NCBI GenBank assembly: GCA_964016885.1
Contig: OZ024757.1
Coordinates: forward strand, 13,454,001 to 13,518,000
DNA length: 64,000 nt
Reading direction: 5' to 3'
Source: Eledone cirrhosa
Taxonomy: Eukaryota
The translations under genes and the position numbers were made by a program. Below the pieces are notes generated by a model. That model did no database searches, had not been told where the DNA came from, and saw only the letters and a list, made by a program, of their open reading frames with translations. Below are positions 1 through 13,140 of the stretch, in pieces (within the stretch, counting starts at the first letter, position 1; every line of letters starts with the position of its first letter).

Positions 1-3000
1 GCCCTGGTGGTGGGTAAAATTAGAGAGAAGAGCCTGGGTGGAGGCTAAAGTTAGAGAGAGGAGCCCTAGTTGAGGGTATATTTAGAGAGAGGCCTTGGGG
101 AGGCCCTGGTTGATGTTAGTTAGATGGGCCTTGGTGGAAGGTAAAGTTAGAGAGAGGCGTTGGTGGTGGGTAAAGCTAGACAGATGGGCCCTGGTTGTGG
201 GTAAAGTTAGAGAGAGGCCTTGGTGGGGGGTAAAGTTAGAGAGAGTGGCCGTGGTTGTGGGTAAAGATAGAGTGAGAGGCCCCAGTAGGGGATAAAGTTA
301 GAGAGAGAGGCTCTGGTGAGGGGTAAAATTAGAGAGAGAGGCCCTGAAGTGGGGGTATAGTAAGAGAGAGGGGCCTGGTGGTGCGTCAAGTTAGAGAGAG
401 AGGCCCTAGTGGGGGTAAAGTTAGAGAGAGGGGCCTGGTGGTGGGTAAGTTAGAGAGAGAGGCCCTGTTGTGGGTAAAGTTAGGGAGAGGGGCCTGGGTG
501 GAGTGTAAAGTTAGAGAGAGAGGCCCTAATGGTGGGTAAAGTTAGGAAGAGGCCCTGGTGGGGTGGTAAAGTTTGAGACAGAAGCCCTAGAGGGGGTAAA
601 GTTAGAGAGAGGGGCCTTGGTGGGGGGTAAAGTTAGAGAAGGGCCTTAGTGGGTGGTAAAGTTAGTGAAAGGCCCTGGTGGGGGAGTAAAGCTAGAGAGA
701 GGGACGTTGGTGGAGGGTAAGTTAGAGAGAGGCCTTGGTGGAGGGTAAAGTTAGGGAGGGGCCTTGGTGGAAGGTAAAGTTAGAGAGAGGCGTTGGTGGT
801 GGGTAAAGCTAGACAGATGGGCCCTGGTAGTGGGTAAAGTTAGAGAGAGGCCTTGGTGGGGGGTAAAGTTAGAGAGAGTGGCCGTGGTTGTGGGTAAAGA
901 TAGAGTGAGAGGCCCCGGTAGGGGATAAAGTTAGAGAGAGAGGCCCTGGTGGGGGGTAAAATTAGAGAGAGAGGCCCTGAAGTGGGGGTATAGTAAGAGA
1001 GAGGGGCCTGGTGGTGCGTCAAGTTAGAGAGAGAGGCCCTAGTGGGGGGTAAAGTTAGAGAGAGAGGCCCTAGTGGGGGGTAAAGTTAGAGAGAGGGGCC
1101 TGGTGGTGGGTAAGTTAGAGAGAGAGGCCCTGTTGTGGGTAAAGTTAGGGAGAGGGGCCTGGGTGGAGTGTAAAGTTAGAGAGAGAGGCCCTGGTAGGGG
1201 GTAAAGTTAGAGAGAGAGGCCCTGGTGGTGGGGAACGTTAGAGAGAGAGGCCCTGGTGGTGGGTAAAGTTAGAGAGAGAGGCCCTAATGGTGGGTAAAGT
1301 TAGGAAGAGGCCCTGGTGAGGTGGTAAAGTTAGAGACAGAAGCCCTAGAGGTGGTAAAGTTAGAGAGAGGCCTGGGTGGGGCTAAAGTTAGAGAAGGGCC
1401 TTAGTGGGTGGTAAGTTAGTGAAAGGCCCTGGTGGGGGAGTAAAGCTAGAGAGAGGGGCGTTGGTGGAGGGTAAGTTAGAGAGAGGCCTGGGTGGAGGGT
1501 AAATTTAGAGAGGCCTTGGTGGAGGGTAAAGTTAGGGAGGGGCCTTGGTGGGGGGTAAAGTTAGAGAGGGGCCTTGGTGGGGAGTAAAGTTAGAGAGGGG
1601 CCTTGGTGGGGGGTAAAGTTAGAGAGAGGCGCTGGTGGGGGAGTAAAGTTAGAGAGAGAGGCGCTGGTGGGGGAGTAAAGTTAGAGAGAGGGGCTTTGGT
1701 GGAGGGTAAACTTAGAGAGAGGTCTGGGTGGAGGGTAAAGTTAGAGAGAGGCTCTGGTGGGGGAGTAAAGTTAGAGAGAGAGGCCCTGGTGGGAGGTAAA
1801 GTTAGAGAGAGAGGCCCTATGAGGGGTAAAGTTAGAGAGAGAGGCCCTATGGGGGGTACAGTTAGAGAGCGGGGCCTGGTGGTGGGTAAAGTTAGAGAGA
1901 GAGGCCCTAGTGGGAGGTAAAGTTAGAGAGTGGGGCCTGGTGGTGGGTAAGTTAGAGAGAGAAGCCCTGGTGGTGGGTAAAGTTAGAGAGAGGCCCTAGT
2001 GGGGAGTAAAGTTAGAGAGAGAAGCCCTGGATGTGGGTAAAATTAGAGAGAAGAGCCTGGGTAGAGTGTAAAGTTAGAGAGAGGAGCCCCGGTTGAGGGT
2101 AAAGTTAGAGAGAGGCCTTGGTGGCGTTAAAGTTAGAGAGAGAGGCCCTGGTGGATGTTAGTTAGATGGGCCTTGGTGGAGGGTAAAGTTAGAGAGAGGC
2201 GTTATGGTGGGTAAAGCTAGACAGATGGGCTCTGGTGGTAGGTAAAGTTAGAGGCCTTGGTGGGGGTTAAAGTTAGAGAGAGGGGCCTGGTGGTGCGTCA
2301 AGTTAGAGAGAGAGGCCCTAGTGGGGGGTAAAGTTAGAGAGAGGAGCCTGGTTGTGGGTAAGTTAGAGAGAGAGGCCCGGTAATGGGTAAGTTAGAGAGA
2401 GGGGCCTGGGTGGAGTGTAAAGTTAGAGAGAGAGGCCCTGGTAGGGGGTAAAGTTAGAGAGAGAGACCCTGGTGGTGGGTAAAGTTAGAGAGAGAGGCCC
2501 TGGTATGGGGTAAAGTTAGAGAGAGAGGCCCTGCTGGTGGGTAAAGTTAGAGAGAGAGGCACGGAGGGGGAGGGGGGTAAAGTTAGATGGAGAGACCCTG
2601 GTGTGGGGGTAAAGTTAGAGAGAGGGGCCTGGTGGTGAGTAAGTTAGAGAGAGAGGCCCTGGTGGGGGGTAAAGTTAGAGAGAGGGGCCTGGTGGTGAGT
2701 AAGTTAGAGAGAGAGGCCCTGGTGGGGGGTAAAGTTAGAGAGAGGGGCCTTGGTGGGAGGTAAGGTTAGAGAGAGAGGCCCTAATAGTGGGTAAAGTTAG
2801 AGAGAGAGGCCCTGGTGGGGTGGGGGGGGGGGTAAAGTTAGAGAGAGAGGTCCAACTGAGGGTAAAGTTAGAGAGAGGCCTTGGTGGAGTGTAAAGTTAG
2901 AGAGAGAGGCCCTGGTGGATGTTAGTTAGATGGGCCTTGGTGAGGGTAAAGTTAGAGAGAGGCCTGGGTGGAGGGTAAAGTTAGAGAGGCCTTGGTGGTG

Positions 3001-6000
3001 GGTAAAGTTAGATGGAGGGGCCTTGGTGGGGAGTAAAGTTAGAGAGAGGCCTTGGTGGGGGAGTAAAGTTAGAGAGAGGGGCCTGGTGGTGGGTAAAGTT
3101 AGAGAGAGAGGCCCTGGTGGGGGGTAAAGTTAGAGAGAGAGGCCCTAGTTGGGTTAAAGTTAGAGAGAGGGGCCTGAGGTGGGTAAGTTAGAGAGAGAAG
3201 CACTGGTGGTGGGTAAAGTTAGAGAGAGGCCCTGAGGGGGGTAAAGTTAGAGAGAGAGGTACTGGTGGATGTTAGTTAGATAGGCCTTGGTGGAGGGCAA
3301 AGTTAGAGAGGCCCTGGTAGGGGGTAATGTTAGAGAGAGAGGCCCTGGTGGTGGGTAAAGTTAGAGAGAGAAGCCCTAGGCTTGTGTGGTGGGTAAGTTA
3401 GAGAGAGAAGCCCTGGTGGTGGGTAAAGTTAGAGAGAGAACACCTAGTGGGGGGTAAAGTTAGCGAGATGGGCCTGGTGGTGAGTAAGTTAGAGAGAGAA
3501 GCCCTGGTGGTGGGTAAAATTAGAGAGAAGAGCCTGGGTGGAGGCTAAAGTTAGAGAGAGGAGCCCTAGTTGAGGGTATATTTAGAGAGAGGCCTTGGGG
3601 AGGCCCTGGTTGATGTTAGTTAGATGGGCCTTGGTGGAAGGTAAAGTTAGAGAGAGGCGTTGGTGGTGGGTAAAGCTAGACAGATGGGCCCTGGTTGTGG
3701 GTAAAGTTAGAGAGAGGCCTTGGTGGGGGGTAAAGTTAGAGAGAGTGGCCGTGGTTGTGGGTAAAGATAGAGTGAGAGGCCCCAGTAGGGGATAAAGTTA
3801 GAGAGAGAGGCTCTGGTGAGGGGTAAAATTAGAGAGAGAGGCCCTGAAGTGGGGGTATAGTAAGAGAGAGGGGCCTGGTGGTGCGTCAAGTTAGAGAGAG
3901 AGGCCCTAGTGGGGGTAAAGTTAGAGAGAGGGGCCTGGTGGTGGGTAAGTTAGAGAGAGAGGCCCTGTTGTGGGTAAAGTTAGGGAGAGGGGCCTGGGTG
4001 GAGTGTAAAGTTAGAGAGAGAGGCCCTAATGGTGGGTAAAGTTAGGAAGAGGCCCTGGTGGGGTGGTAAAGTTTGAGACAGAAGCCCTAGAGGGGGTAAA
4101 GTTAGAGAGAGGGGCCTTGGTGGGGGGTAAAGTTAGAGAAGGGCCTTAGTGGGTGGTAAAGTTAGTGAAAGGCCCTGGTGGGGGAGTAAAGCTAGAGAGA
4201 GGGACGTTGGTGGAGGGTAAGTTAGAGAGAGGCCTTGGTGGAGGGTAAAGTTAGGGAGGGGCCTTGGTGGAAGGTAAAGTTAGAGAGAGGCGTTGGTGGT
4301 GGGTAAAGCTAGACAGATGGGCCCTGGTAGTGGGTAAAGTTAGAGAGAGGCCTTGGTGGGGGGTAAAGTTAGAGAGAGTGGCCGTGGTTGTGGGTAAAGA
4401 TAGAGTGAGAGGCCCCGGTAGGGGATAAAGTTAGAGAGAGAGGCCCTGGTGGGGGGTAAAATTAGAGAGAGAGGCCCTGAAGTGGGGGTATAGTAAGAGA
4501 GAGGGGCCTGGTGGTGCGTCAAGTTAGAGAGAGAGGCCCTAGTGGGGGGTAAAGTTAGAGAGAGAGGCCCTAGTGGGGGGTAAAGTTAGAGAGAGGGGCC
4601 TGGTGGTGGGTAAGTTAGAGAGAGAGGCCCTGTTGTGGGTAAAGTTAGGGAGAGGGGCCTGGGTGGAGTGTAAAGTTAGAGAGAGAGGCCCTGGTAGGGG
4701 GTAAAGTTAGAGAGAGAGGCCCTGGTGGTGGGGAACGTTAGAGAGAGAGGCCCTGGTGGTGGGTAAAGTTAGAGAGAGAGGCCCTAATGGTGGGTAAAGT
4801 TAGGAAGAGGCCCTGGTGAGGTGGTAAAGTTAGAGACAGAAGCCCTAGAGGTGGTAAAGTTAGAGAGAGGCCTGGGTGGGGCTAAAGTTAGAGAAGGGCC
4901 TTAGTGGGTGGTAAGTTAGTGAAAGGCCCTGGTGGGGGAGTAAAGCTAGAGAGAGGGGCGTTGGTGGAGGGTAAGTTAGAGAGAGGCCTGGGTGGAGGGT
5001 AAATTTAGAGAGGCCTTGGTGGAGGGTAAAGTTAGGGAGGGGCCTTGGTGGGGGGTAAAGTTAGAGAGGGGCCTTGGTGGGGAGTAAAGTTAGAGAGGGG
5101 CCTTGGTGGGGGGTAAAGTTAGAGAGAGGCGCTGGTGGGGGAGTAAAGTTAGAGAGAGAGGCGCTGGTGGGGGAGTAAAGTTAGAGAGAGGGGCTTTGGT
5201 GGAGGGTAAACTTAGAGAGAGGTCTGGGTGGAGGGTAAAGTTAGAGAGAGGCTCTGGTGGGGGAGTAAAGTTAGAGAGAGAGGCCCTGGTGGGAGGTAAA
5301 GTTAGAGAGAGAGGCCCTATGAGGGGTAAAGTTAGAGAGAGAGGCCCTATGGGGGGTACAGTTAGAGAGCGGGGCCTGGTGGTGGGTAAAGTTAGAGAGA
5401 GAGGCCCTAGTGGGAGGTAAAGTTAGAGAGTGGGGCCTGGTGGTGGGTAAGTTAGAGAGAGAAGCCCTGGTGGTGGGTAAAGTTAGAGAGAGGCCCTAGT
5501 GGGGAGTAAAGTTAGAGAGAGAAGCCCTGGATGTGGGTAAAATTAGAGAGAAGAGCCTGGGTAGAGTGTAAAGTTAGAGAGAGGAGCCCCGGTTGAGGGT
5601 AAAGTTAGAGAGAGGCCTTGGTGGCGTTAAAGTTAGAGAGAGAGGCCCTGGTGGATGTTAGTTAGATGGGCCTTGGTGGAGGGTAAAGTTAGAGAGAGGC
5701 GTTATGGTGGGTAAAGCTAGACAGATGGGCTCTGGTGGTAGGTAAAGTTAGAGGCCTTGGTGGGGGTTAAAGTTAGAGAGAGGGGCCTGGTGGTGCGTCA
5801 AGTTAGAGAGAGAGGCCCTAGTGGGGGGTAAAGTTAGAGAGAGGAGCCTGGTTGTGGGTAAGTTAGAGAGAGAGGCCCGGTAATGGGTAAGTTAGAGAGA
5901 GGGGCCTGGGTGGAGTGTAAAGTTAGAGAGAGAGGCCCTGGTAGGGGGTAAAGTTAGAGAGAGAGACCCTGGTGGTGGGTAAAGTTAGAGAGAGAGGCCC

Positions 6001-9000
6001 TGGTATGGGGTAAAGTTAGAGAGAGAGGCCCTGCTGGTGGGTAAAGTTAGAGAGAGAGGCACGGAGGGGGAGGGGGGTAAAGTTAGATGGAGAGACCCTG
6101 GTGTGGGGGTAAAGTTAGAGAGAGGGGCCTGGTGGTGAGTAAGTTAGAGAGAGAGGCCCTGGTGCGGGGTAAAGTTAGAGAGAGGGGCCTGGTGGTGAGT
6201 AAGTTAGAGAGAGAGGCCCTGGTGGGGGGTAAAGTTAGAGAGAGGGGCCTTGGTGGGAGGTAAGGTTAGAGAGAGAGGCCCTAATAGTGGGTAAAGTTAG
6301 AGAGAGAGGCCCTGGTGGGGTGGGGGGGGGGTAAAGTTAGAGAGAGAGGTCCAACTGAGGGTAAAGTTAGAGAGAGGCCTTGGTGGAGTGTAAAGTTAGA
6401 GAGAGAGGCCTGGTGGTGGGTAAAGTTAGAGAGAGAGGCCCTGGTGGGGGGTAAAGTTAGAGAGAGAGGCCCTAGTTGGGTTAAAGTTAGAGAGAGGGGC
6501 CTGAGGTGGGTAAGTTAGAGAGAGAAGCACTGGTGGTGGGTAAAGTTAGAGAGAGGCCCTGAGGGGGGTAAAGTTAGAGAGAGAGGTACTGGTGGATGTT
6601 AGTTAGATAGGCCTTGGTGGAGGGCAAAGTTAGAGAGGCCCTGGTAGGGGGTAATGTTAGAGAGAGAGGCCCTGGTGGTGGGTAAAGTTAGAGAGAGAAG
6701 CCCTAGGCTTGTGTGGTGGGTAAGTTAGAGAGAGAAGCCCTGGTGGTGGGTAAAGTTAGAGAGAGAACACCTAGTGGGGGGTAAAGTTAGCGAGATGGGC
6801 CTGGTGGTGAGTAAGTTAGAGAGAGAAGCCCTGGTGGTGGGTAAAATTAGAGAGAAGAGCCTGGGTGGAGGCTAAAGTTAGAGAGAGGAGCCCTAGTTGA
6901 GGGTATATTTAGAGAGAGGCCTTGGGGAGGCCCTGGTTGATGTTAGTTAGATGGGCCTTGGTGGAAGGTAAAGTTAGAGAGAGGCGTTGGTGGTGGGTAA
7001 AGCTAGACAGATGGGCCCTGGTTGTGGGTAAAGTTAGAGAGAGGCCTTGGTGGGGGGTAAAGTTAGAGAGAGTGGCCGTGGTTGTGGGTAAAGATAGAGT
7101 GAGAGGCCCCAGTAGGGGATAAAGTTAGAGAGAGAGGCTCTGGTGAGGGGTAAAATTAGAGAGAGAGGCCCTGAAGTGGGGGTATAGTAAGAGAGAGGGG
7201 CCTGGTGGTGCGTCAAGTTAGAGAGAGAGGCCCTGTTGTGGGTAAAGTTAGGGAGAGGGGCCTGGGTGGAGTGTAAAGTTAGAGAGAGAGGCCCTAATGG
7301 TGGGTAAAGTTAGGAAGAGGCCCTGGTGGGGTGGTAAAGTTTGAGACAGAAGCCCTAGAGGGGGTAAAGTTAGAGAGAGGGGCCTTGGTGGGGGGTAAAG
7401 TTAGAGAAGGGCCTTAGTGGGTGGTAAAGTTAGTGAAAGGCCCTGGTGGGGGAGTAAAGCTAGAGAGAGGGACGTTGGTGGAGGGTAAGTTAGAGAGAGG
7501 CCTTGGTGGAGGGTAAAGTTAGGGAGGGGCCTTGGTGGAAGGTAAAGTTAGAGAGAGGCGTTGGTGGTGGGTAAAGCTAGACAGATGGGCCCTGGTAGTG
7601 GGTAAAGTTAGAGAGAGGCCTTGGTGGGGGGTAAAGTTAGAGAGAGTGGCCGTGGTTGTGGGTAAAGATAGAGTGAGAGGCCCCGGTAGGGGATAAAGTT
7701 AGAGAGAGAGGCCCTGGTGGGGGGTAAAATTAGAGAGAGAGGCCCTGAAGTGGGGGTATAGTAAGAGAGAGGGGCCTGGTGGTGCGTCAAGTTAGAGAGA
7801 GAGGCCCTAGTGGGGGGTAAAGTTAGAGAGAGAGGCCCTAGTGGGGGGTAAAGTTAGAGAGAGGGGCCTGGTGGTGGGTAAGTTAGAGAGAGAGGCCCTG
7901 TTGTGGGTAAAGTTAGGGAGAGGGGCCTGGGTGGAGTGTAAAGTTAGAGAGAGAGGCCCTGGTAGGGGGTAAAGTTAGAGAGAGAGGCCCTGGTGGTGGG
8001 GAACGTTAGAGAGAGAGGCCCTGGTGGTGGGTAAAGTTAGAGAGAGAGGCCCTAATGGTGGGTAAAGTTAGGAAGAGGCCCTGGTGAGGTGGTAAAGTTA
8101 GAGACAGAAGCCCTAGAGGTGGTAAAGTTAGAGAGAGGCCTGGGTGGGGCTAAAGTTAGAGAAGGGCCTTAGTGGGTGGTAAGTTAGTGAAAGGCCCTGG
8201 TGGGGGAGTAAAGCTAGAGAGAGGGGCGTTGGTGGAGGGTAAGTTAGAGAGAGGCCTGGGTGGAGGGTAAATTTAGAGAGGCCTTGGTGGAGGGTAAAGT
8301 TAGGGAGGGGCCTTGGTGGGGGGTAAAGTTAGAGAGGGGCCTTGGTGGGGAGTAAAGTTAGAGAGGGGCCTTGGTGGGGGGTAAAGTTAGAGAGAGGCGC
8401 TGGTGGGGGAGTAAAGTTAGAGAGAGAGGCGCTGGTGGGGGAGTAAAGTTAGAGAGAGGGGCTTTGGTGGAGGGTAAACTTAGAGAGAGGTCTGGGTGGA
8501 GGGTAAAGTTAGAGAGAGGCTCTGGTGGGGGAGTAAAGTTAGAGAGAGAGGCCCTGGTGGGAGGTAAAGTTAGAGAGAGAGGCCCTATGAGGGGTAAAGT
8601 TAGAGAGAGAGGCCCTATGGGGGGTACAGTTAGAGAGCGGGGCCTGGTGGTGGGTAAAGTTAGAGAGAGAGGCCCTAGTGGGAGGTAAAGTTAGAGAGTG
8701 GGGCCTGGTGGTGGGTAAGTTAGAGAGAGAAGCCCTGGTGGTGGGTAAAGTTAGAGAGAGGCCCTAGTGGGGAGTAAAGTTAGAGAGAGAAGCCCTGGAT
8801 GTGGGTAAAATTAGAGAGAAGAGCCTGGGTAGAGTGTAAAGTTAGAGAGAGGAGCCCCGGTTGAGGGTAAAGTTAGAGAGAGGCCTTGGTGGCGTTAAAG
8901 TTAGAGAGAGAGGCCCTGGTGGATGTTAGTTAGATGGGCCTTGGTGGAGGGTAAAGTTAGAGAGAGGCGTTATGGTGGGTAAAGCTAGACAGATGGGCTC

Positions 9001-9905
9001 TGGTGGTAGGTAAAGTTAGAGGCCTTGGTGGGGGTTAAAGTTAGAGAGAGGGGCCTGGTGGTGCGTCAAGTTAGAGAGAGAGGCCCTAGTGGGGGGTAAA
9101 GTTAGAGAGAGGAGCCTGGTTGTGGGTAAGTTAGAGAGAGAGGCCCGGTAATGGGTAAGTTAGAGAGAGGGGCCTGGGTGGAGTGTAAAGTTAGAGAGAG
9201 AGGCCCTGGTAGGGGGTAAAGTTAGAGAGAGAGACCCTGGTGGTGGGTAAAGTTAGAGAGAGAGGCCTTGGTGGTGGTTAAAGTTAGAGAGAGAGGCCCT
9301 AATGGTGGGTAAAGTTAGAGAGAGGCCTTGGTGGAGGGTAAAGTTAGAGAGAGGGGCCTTGGTGTGGGATAAAGTTAGAGAGGGGCCTTGGTGGGGGGTA
9401 AAGTTAGAGAAAGGCCCTGGTGGGGGAGTAAACCTAGAGAGAGCGGCCTTGGTGGAGGGTAAAGTTAGAGAGAGGCCTGGGTGGAGGGTAAATTTAGAGA
9501 GAGGTCTGGGTGGAGAGTAAAGTTAGAGAGAGGCCCTGGTGGGGGAGTAAAGTTAGATAGAGGGGCCTTGGTGGAGGGTGAAGTTAGGGAGAGCCTGGGT
9601 GGAGGGTAAAGTTAGAGAGAGTCTTTGGTGGGGGATTAAGCTAGAGGGGCCTTGGCGGGGGTTAAAATTAGAGAGAGGGGCCTTGGTGGAGGGTAAAGTT
9701 AGATAGAGGGGCCCTGCTGGAGGGTAAAGTTAGAGAGAGGGGCCTTGGTGGGGGGTAAAATTAGAGAGGGGACTTGGTGGGGGGCAAAGTTAGAGAGAGG
9801 CCATGGTGGGGGAGTAAAGTTAGAGAGAGGGGCCTTGGTGAATGGTAAATTTAGAGAGGGGCCTTGGTGGAGTGTAAAGTTAGAGAGAGGTCTTGGTGGA
9901 GGGAA
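1..9905. repeat. G-rich satellite, ~26-31 bp monomer (GGCCCTGGTGGTGGGTAAAGTTAGAGAGAGA), organised as a ~3.3-3.5 kb higher-order repeat
   Basis: The monomer is visible throughout. Near-identical blocks restart at 1, 3501 and 6828, and the ORF track recurs at offsets +3500, +3327 and +3268. An internal 633-bp duplication is also present. Confidence 0.97.
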
Positions 9906-10192
9906 AGCCAGCCACAGGGGCTCTGGTCTGAGAGGGGAAAGGTAACCACAGAGGTCCTGGTTTGAGAGGGTCAATGTAAAAGTAAATTTCATGCCAAAAT
10001 ATTTGCACTTTTGCAAGAAATTGCTGGAAACATTGACTTTAATTCTTCTGAGATCAACTTTTGTTCTAAAGATGTTACAATAAACCCTCATGTTTTGATG
10101 GGGTGAAAACCGGGTCCCCCCTAAATACCACAAAAGACGCCTTCACCTAAATATCTTGAAATCTTAAGAACCATTTCTTTTTATAATCATTA

Positions 10193-10405
10193 TACTATGG
10201 CCATACTGGGGCACCATCTTGTTTCATGAAACTATGGCCATACTGTGGCACCACATTGTTTCAGTCGGACTATGGCCATACTGGGGCACCATATTGTTTC
10301 AGTCGGACTATGGCGATACTGGGGCACCACATTGTTTCAGTTGGACTATGGCCATACTGGGGCACCATATTGTTTTAGTTGGACTATGGCCATACTGGGG
10401 CATCA
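10193..10405. repeat. ~38-bp minisatellite, about 5.5 copies
   Basis: ACTATGGCCATACTGGGGCACCACATTGTTTCAGTCGG recurs every 37-38 bp. Confidence 0.92.
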
Positions 10406-10519
10406 CCTTGATCCTAGAATGATTTCTATCTATTCTATTGATCTGCTTTTGTTAAACCTCTGTTGCTTGATGTAAGCAAACTAAATCCATACACATATAT
10501 ATATATTTATACCCACATA

Positions 10520-11260
10520 TATATACACCCACAAACAAGGTCGGCTTTTATCATCTCATCCCAGGTCTTTTTGGGTCTCCCCACTCCACGGCTTCCATCG
10601 ACTTTTAGTGCTCTGCACCTTTTTATGCAGTTGTCATCCTTCATACGCAACCCATGTCCATACCAACGCATTTGAATCCTCTCATGCTCAGTCTCTCTCT
10701 CAATTCGTTTATGTTTTGCTATTATCATATATTACTATTACATAGCCATCGGAGCATGCAAGCTTCATTTCTTTCTAATCTGTGCAAGTCTTCTACACAA
10801 AATGCCCAGGTCTCACTATGTAATCTAAGGAAAGCCAGTAAATTGAGGGAAAAGCCTTTTGCAGCTAGTAGTCCCTGAACTTCTTCCAACCCGTTCTTAC
10901 CCTGGTTACTGCACTTTCAGAACACCCACCTCCGCTGCTAATCCAGTCACCCAGGTAACAGAAGCTCTCTACTGTTTCTACAGAGCACTCCAAGATTTTG
11001 CTTTGCCGTTCACGTATATTGTTCACATCCATCGGAGCATGCAAGCATCATTTCTTCCTAATCTACACAAGTCTTCTACAGACAGTGCCCAGGTCTCACT
11101 ACCATTCGTATGCATGCATCATACAGTCTGCCTCCTGTTTATTATTTCCCTAGAGTCTATAAGAGAAGAATTTAAGACTGGCAATTCCTGGGAACTTCTA
11201 TATGTTGATGATCTAACTCTTGTAGCTGAATCTATGGCAGAATTAGATGATGATGGGTAA
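10520..11260. mobile_element. Scrambled, degenerate RTE LINE fragments
   Basis: Minus strand gives WYGHGLRMKDDNCIKRCRALKVDGSRGVGRPKKTW; plus strand gives EEFKTGNSWELLYVDDLTL. Both match the RTE family seen elsewhere in the window. Confidence 0.8.
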
Positions 11261-11303
11261 CAAGAAGAACAAGATCAACAATAACAACGATGAAATGTCC
11301 AAC

Positions 11304-11509
11304 CTGCAAGGTTTACTGGTGTTGTATAAATGTCTTGTTCACTGACGCGGGTTCGGTTATCTTCCTGGCAGAAATCTCTGTAGAGGGGAGCATCACTGAC
11401 TGCTGTAGGAGTTAGGAGGACATCAACCCCACTGCTGAATACTTCATGGAAGTCATTGGCAATTAGTCGACGAAGTTTCATGGCCTGGGTCACGTACTTG
11501 GTGTAGTTG
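11304..11509 (-). CDS. QRSL1: Internal (penultimate-type) exon of mitochondrial glutamyl-tRNA(Gln) amidotransferase subunit A
   Basis: Translation [69 protein letters not shown] matches the GatA/QRSL1 C-terminal region. Acceptor is polypyrimidine + ctacAG and donor is G|GTtgg. Length 206 nt, phase 2 to phase 1. Confidence 0.93.
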
Positions 11510-11585
11510 CTGTAGCAGGGCCAGGAGAAAGAGAAAAAGATTAAAACTGGTGTCATATTTGGTTTAGGACTGAATCATGGATGTG

Positions 11586-12310
11586 AGAGAGAGGGGGAGG
11601 AGAGAGAGGTGAGAGGAGGAGATGGGAGAGACGGGGGAGGGGAGATGGGAGATAGAGGGGGGGAGAAGGGAGATATGGGGAGGGGAGAGAGGGGAGATGG
11701 GGCAGAGAGGGGAGAGGGGAGAGAGAGGGGGAGGAGAGAGGGGGAGGAGAGAGGGGGGAGAGGGTAGATGGGAGATAGGGGAGAGGGAGGAGGATGAGAG
11801 AGGGGATATGGGAGAGAGGGGATGATAGAGGGGGGAGGGGAGAGGGGGGAGAGGGGGATATAAGAGAAAGGGGAGAAGGGAGAGAGGGGAGATGGGAGAG
11901 AGGGGAGACAGGGTAGCGAGGGGAGATGGGCGAGGGGGGAGATGGGCGAGGGGGGAGATGGGAGAGAGGGGAGGAGAGAAATAAGAGAGAGGGGAGAGAG
12001 GTAGGAGGGGAGAGAGAGGGGAGATAAGACAAAGGGGGGAAGGGAGAGAGAGAAGGGAGATAGGGGGAGGGGGAGGAATGAAGGGAGATAGGGGAGAGGG
12101 GAGAGAAGAGAAAGGGGAGAGGGGAGTGAGAGGGGGAGGAGAGAGAAGGGAGATAGGGGAGAGGAGGGGAGGAGAGAGAAGGGAGATAGGGGGAGGAGAG
12201 AGAGGATAGAGGGGATAGAGGGGAGATGGGAGAGAGGGGAGAGGAAAGGGGGAGAGAGTGGAGAGGGGGAAGAGAGTGGAGAGCGAGGGGGAAAGAAAGA
12301 GAGGGGATGG
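11586..12310. repeat. ~725-bp polypurine/polypyrimidine low-complexity tract
   Basis: Almost exclusively G/A on the plus strand. Confidence 0.95.
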
Positions 12311-12884
12311 AGAAATTTAAGTGCTATCATTCCTATGATAATTTTTTTCATACATTAAAAACCATTATACATGACAAAAAGTACAATACAAGAAATCCCA
12401 TCTGTTATGAAATAAATAGGATGGGTTGCGGTCTAAATATGTAAACTAAATGACTAATTCTGGTTTTTAAAAAGAATCAAGGGAGAAAAAAAATAACAAA
12501 TTATCGATTTTCAACCCCACTTATTTGGGACACGAGAGTGTCTTTTACCATTTCTTTATTGCCGTAATACCGTTTAACAACTAAACAAGTATTTTTAAAC
12601 AAACTTGGAATATTTTTCTGATATTTTTTGACAAGTATATTCTAGAACTCAAGCCACACAAAACATAAACCCCCTAAAATATGACAGGTATCAACTATCC
12701 TAGTTATAATATCTATTACAAACCCTAGACACACAAAACCCTACCACCAAACTACATTCTACCCCCAAAATATGACAGGTATCAACTATCCTAGTCAAGA
12801 ACTTATAACTTGTCTCTTGAAATCTCTGGGTGATATTTGGAGTCAGGTCATACAAACAGAAAGTATTATCCAAACGTATAATAA

Positions 12885-13140
12885 TGGTTTCTGAGTTAGG
12901 CACAAGGCCAGCAATTTTGGGAGAGAAGTTGATCAAATTCACCCCAGTGCGAGACTGAGCTAACCTTGGCAGGATTTGAACGTCAAAAGCCGTAACACTG
13001 TCACAAAATATATCCGACACTCTACTGATTATTGCCAAACCCTTCAAACATAATAATTTTGTAAATTCTAGGTACAGGAACAGACCTTTGGGCTAAGGGG
13101 TAAAGTCAATTAAATCACCCTCAGTATGCAACCAGTACTT
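12885..13140 (-). mobile_element. Degenerate tRNA-derived SINE fragments (GGCACAAGGCCAGCAATT family)
   Basis: Shares GGCACAAGGCCAGCAATT and GGATTTGAAC (B-box complement) with the copies at 15665, 41205, 53108 and 60380. Confidence 0.6.

Noticed and set aside
95-9945. Repetitive W/G/V/R/E-rich ORFs
   Set aside because: They are translations of the satellite, with frequent frame changes between monomers.
9900-9990. Minus-strand TLSNQDL as a possible last QRSL1 exon
   Set aside because: Only a 4-residue resemblance; it lacks LPAxSxP and GLPxGxQ and has no suitable acceptor.
10193-10405. Regular ~38-bp repeat resembling a CRISPR array
   Set aside because: There are no unique spacers and the context is eukaryotic; it is a plain minisatellite.
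11553-12351. Pro/Ser/Leu-rich ORFs
   Set aside because: Artefact of the polypurine tract.
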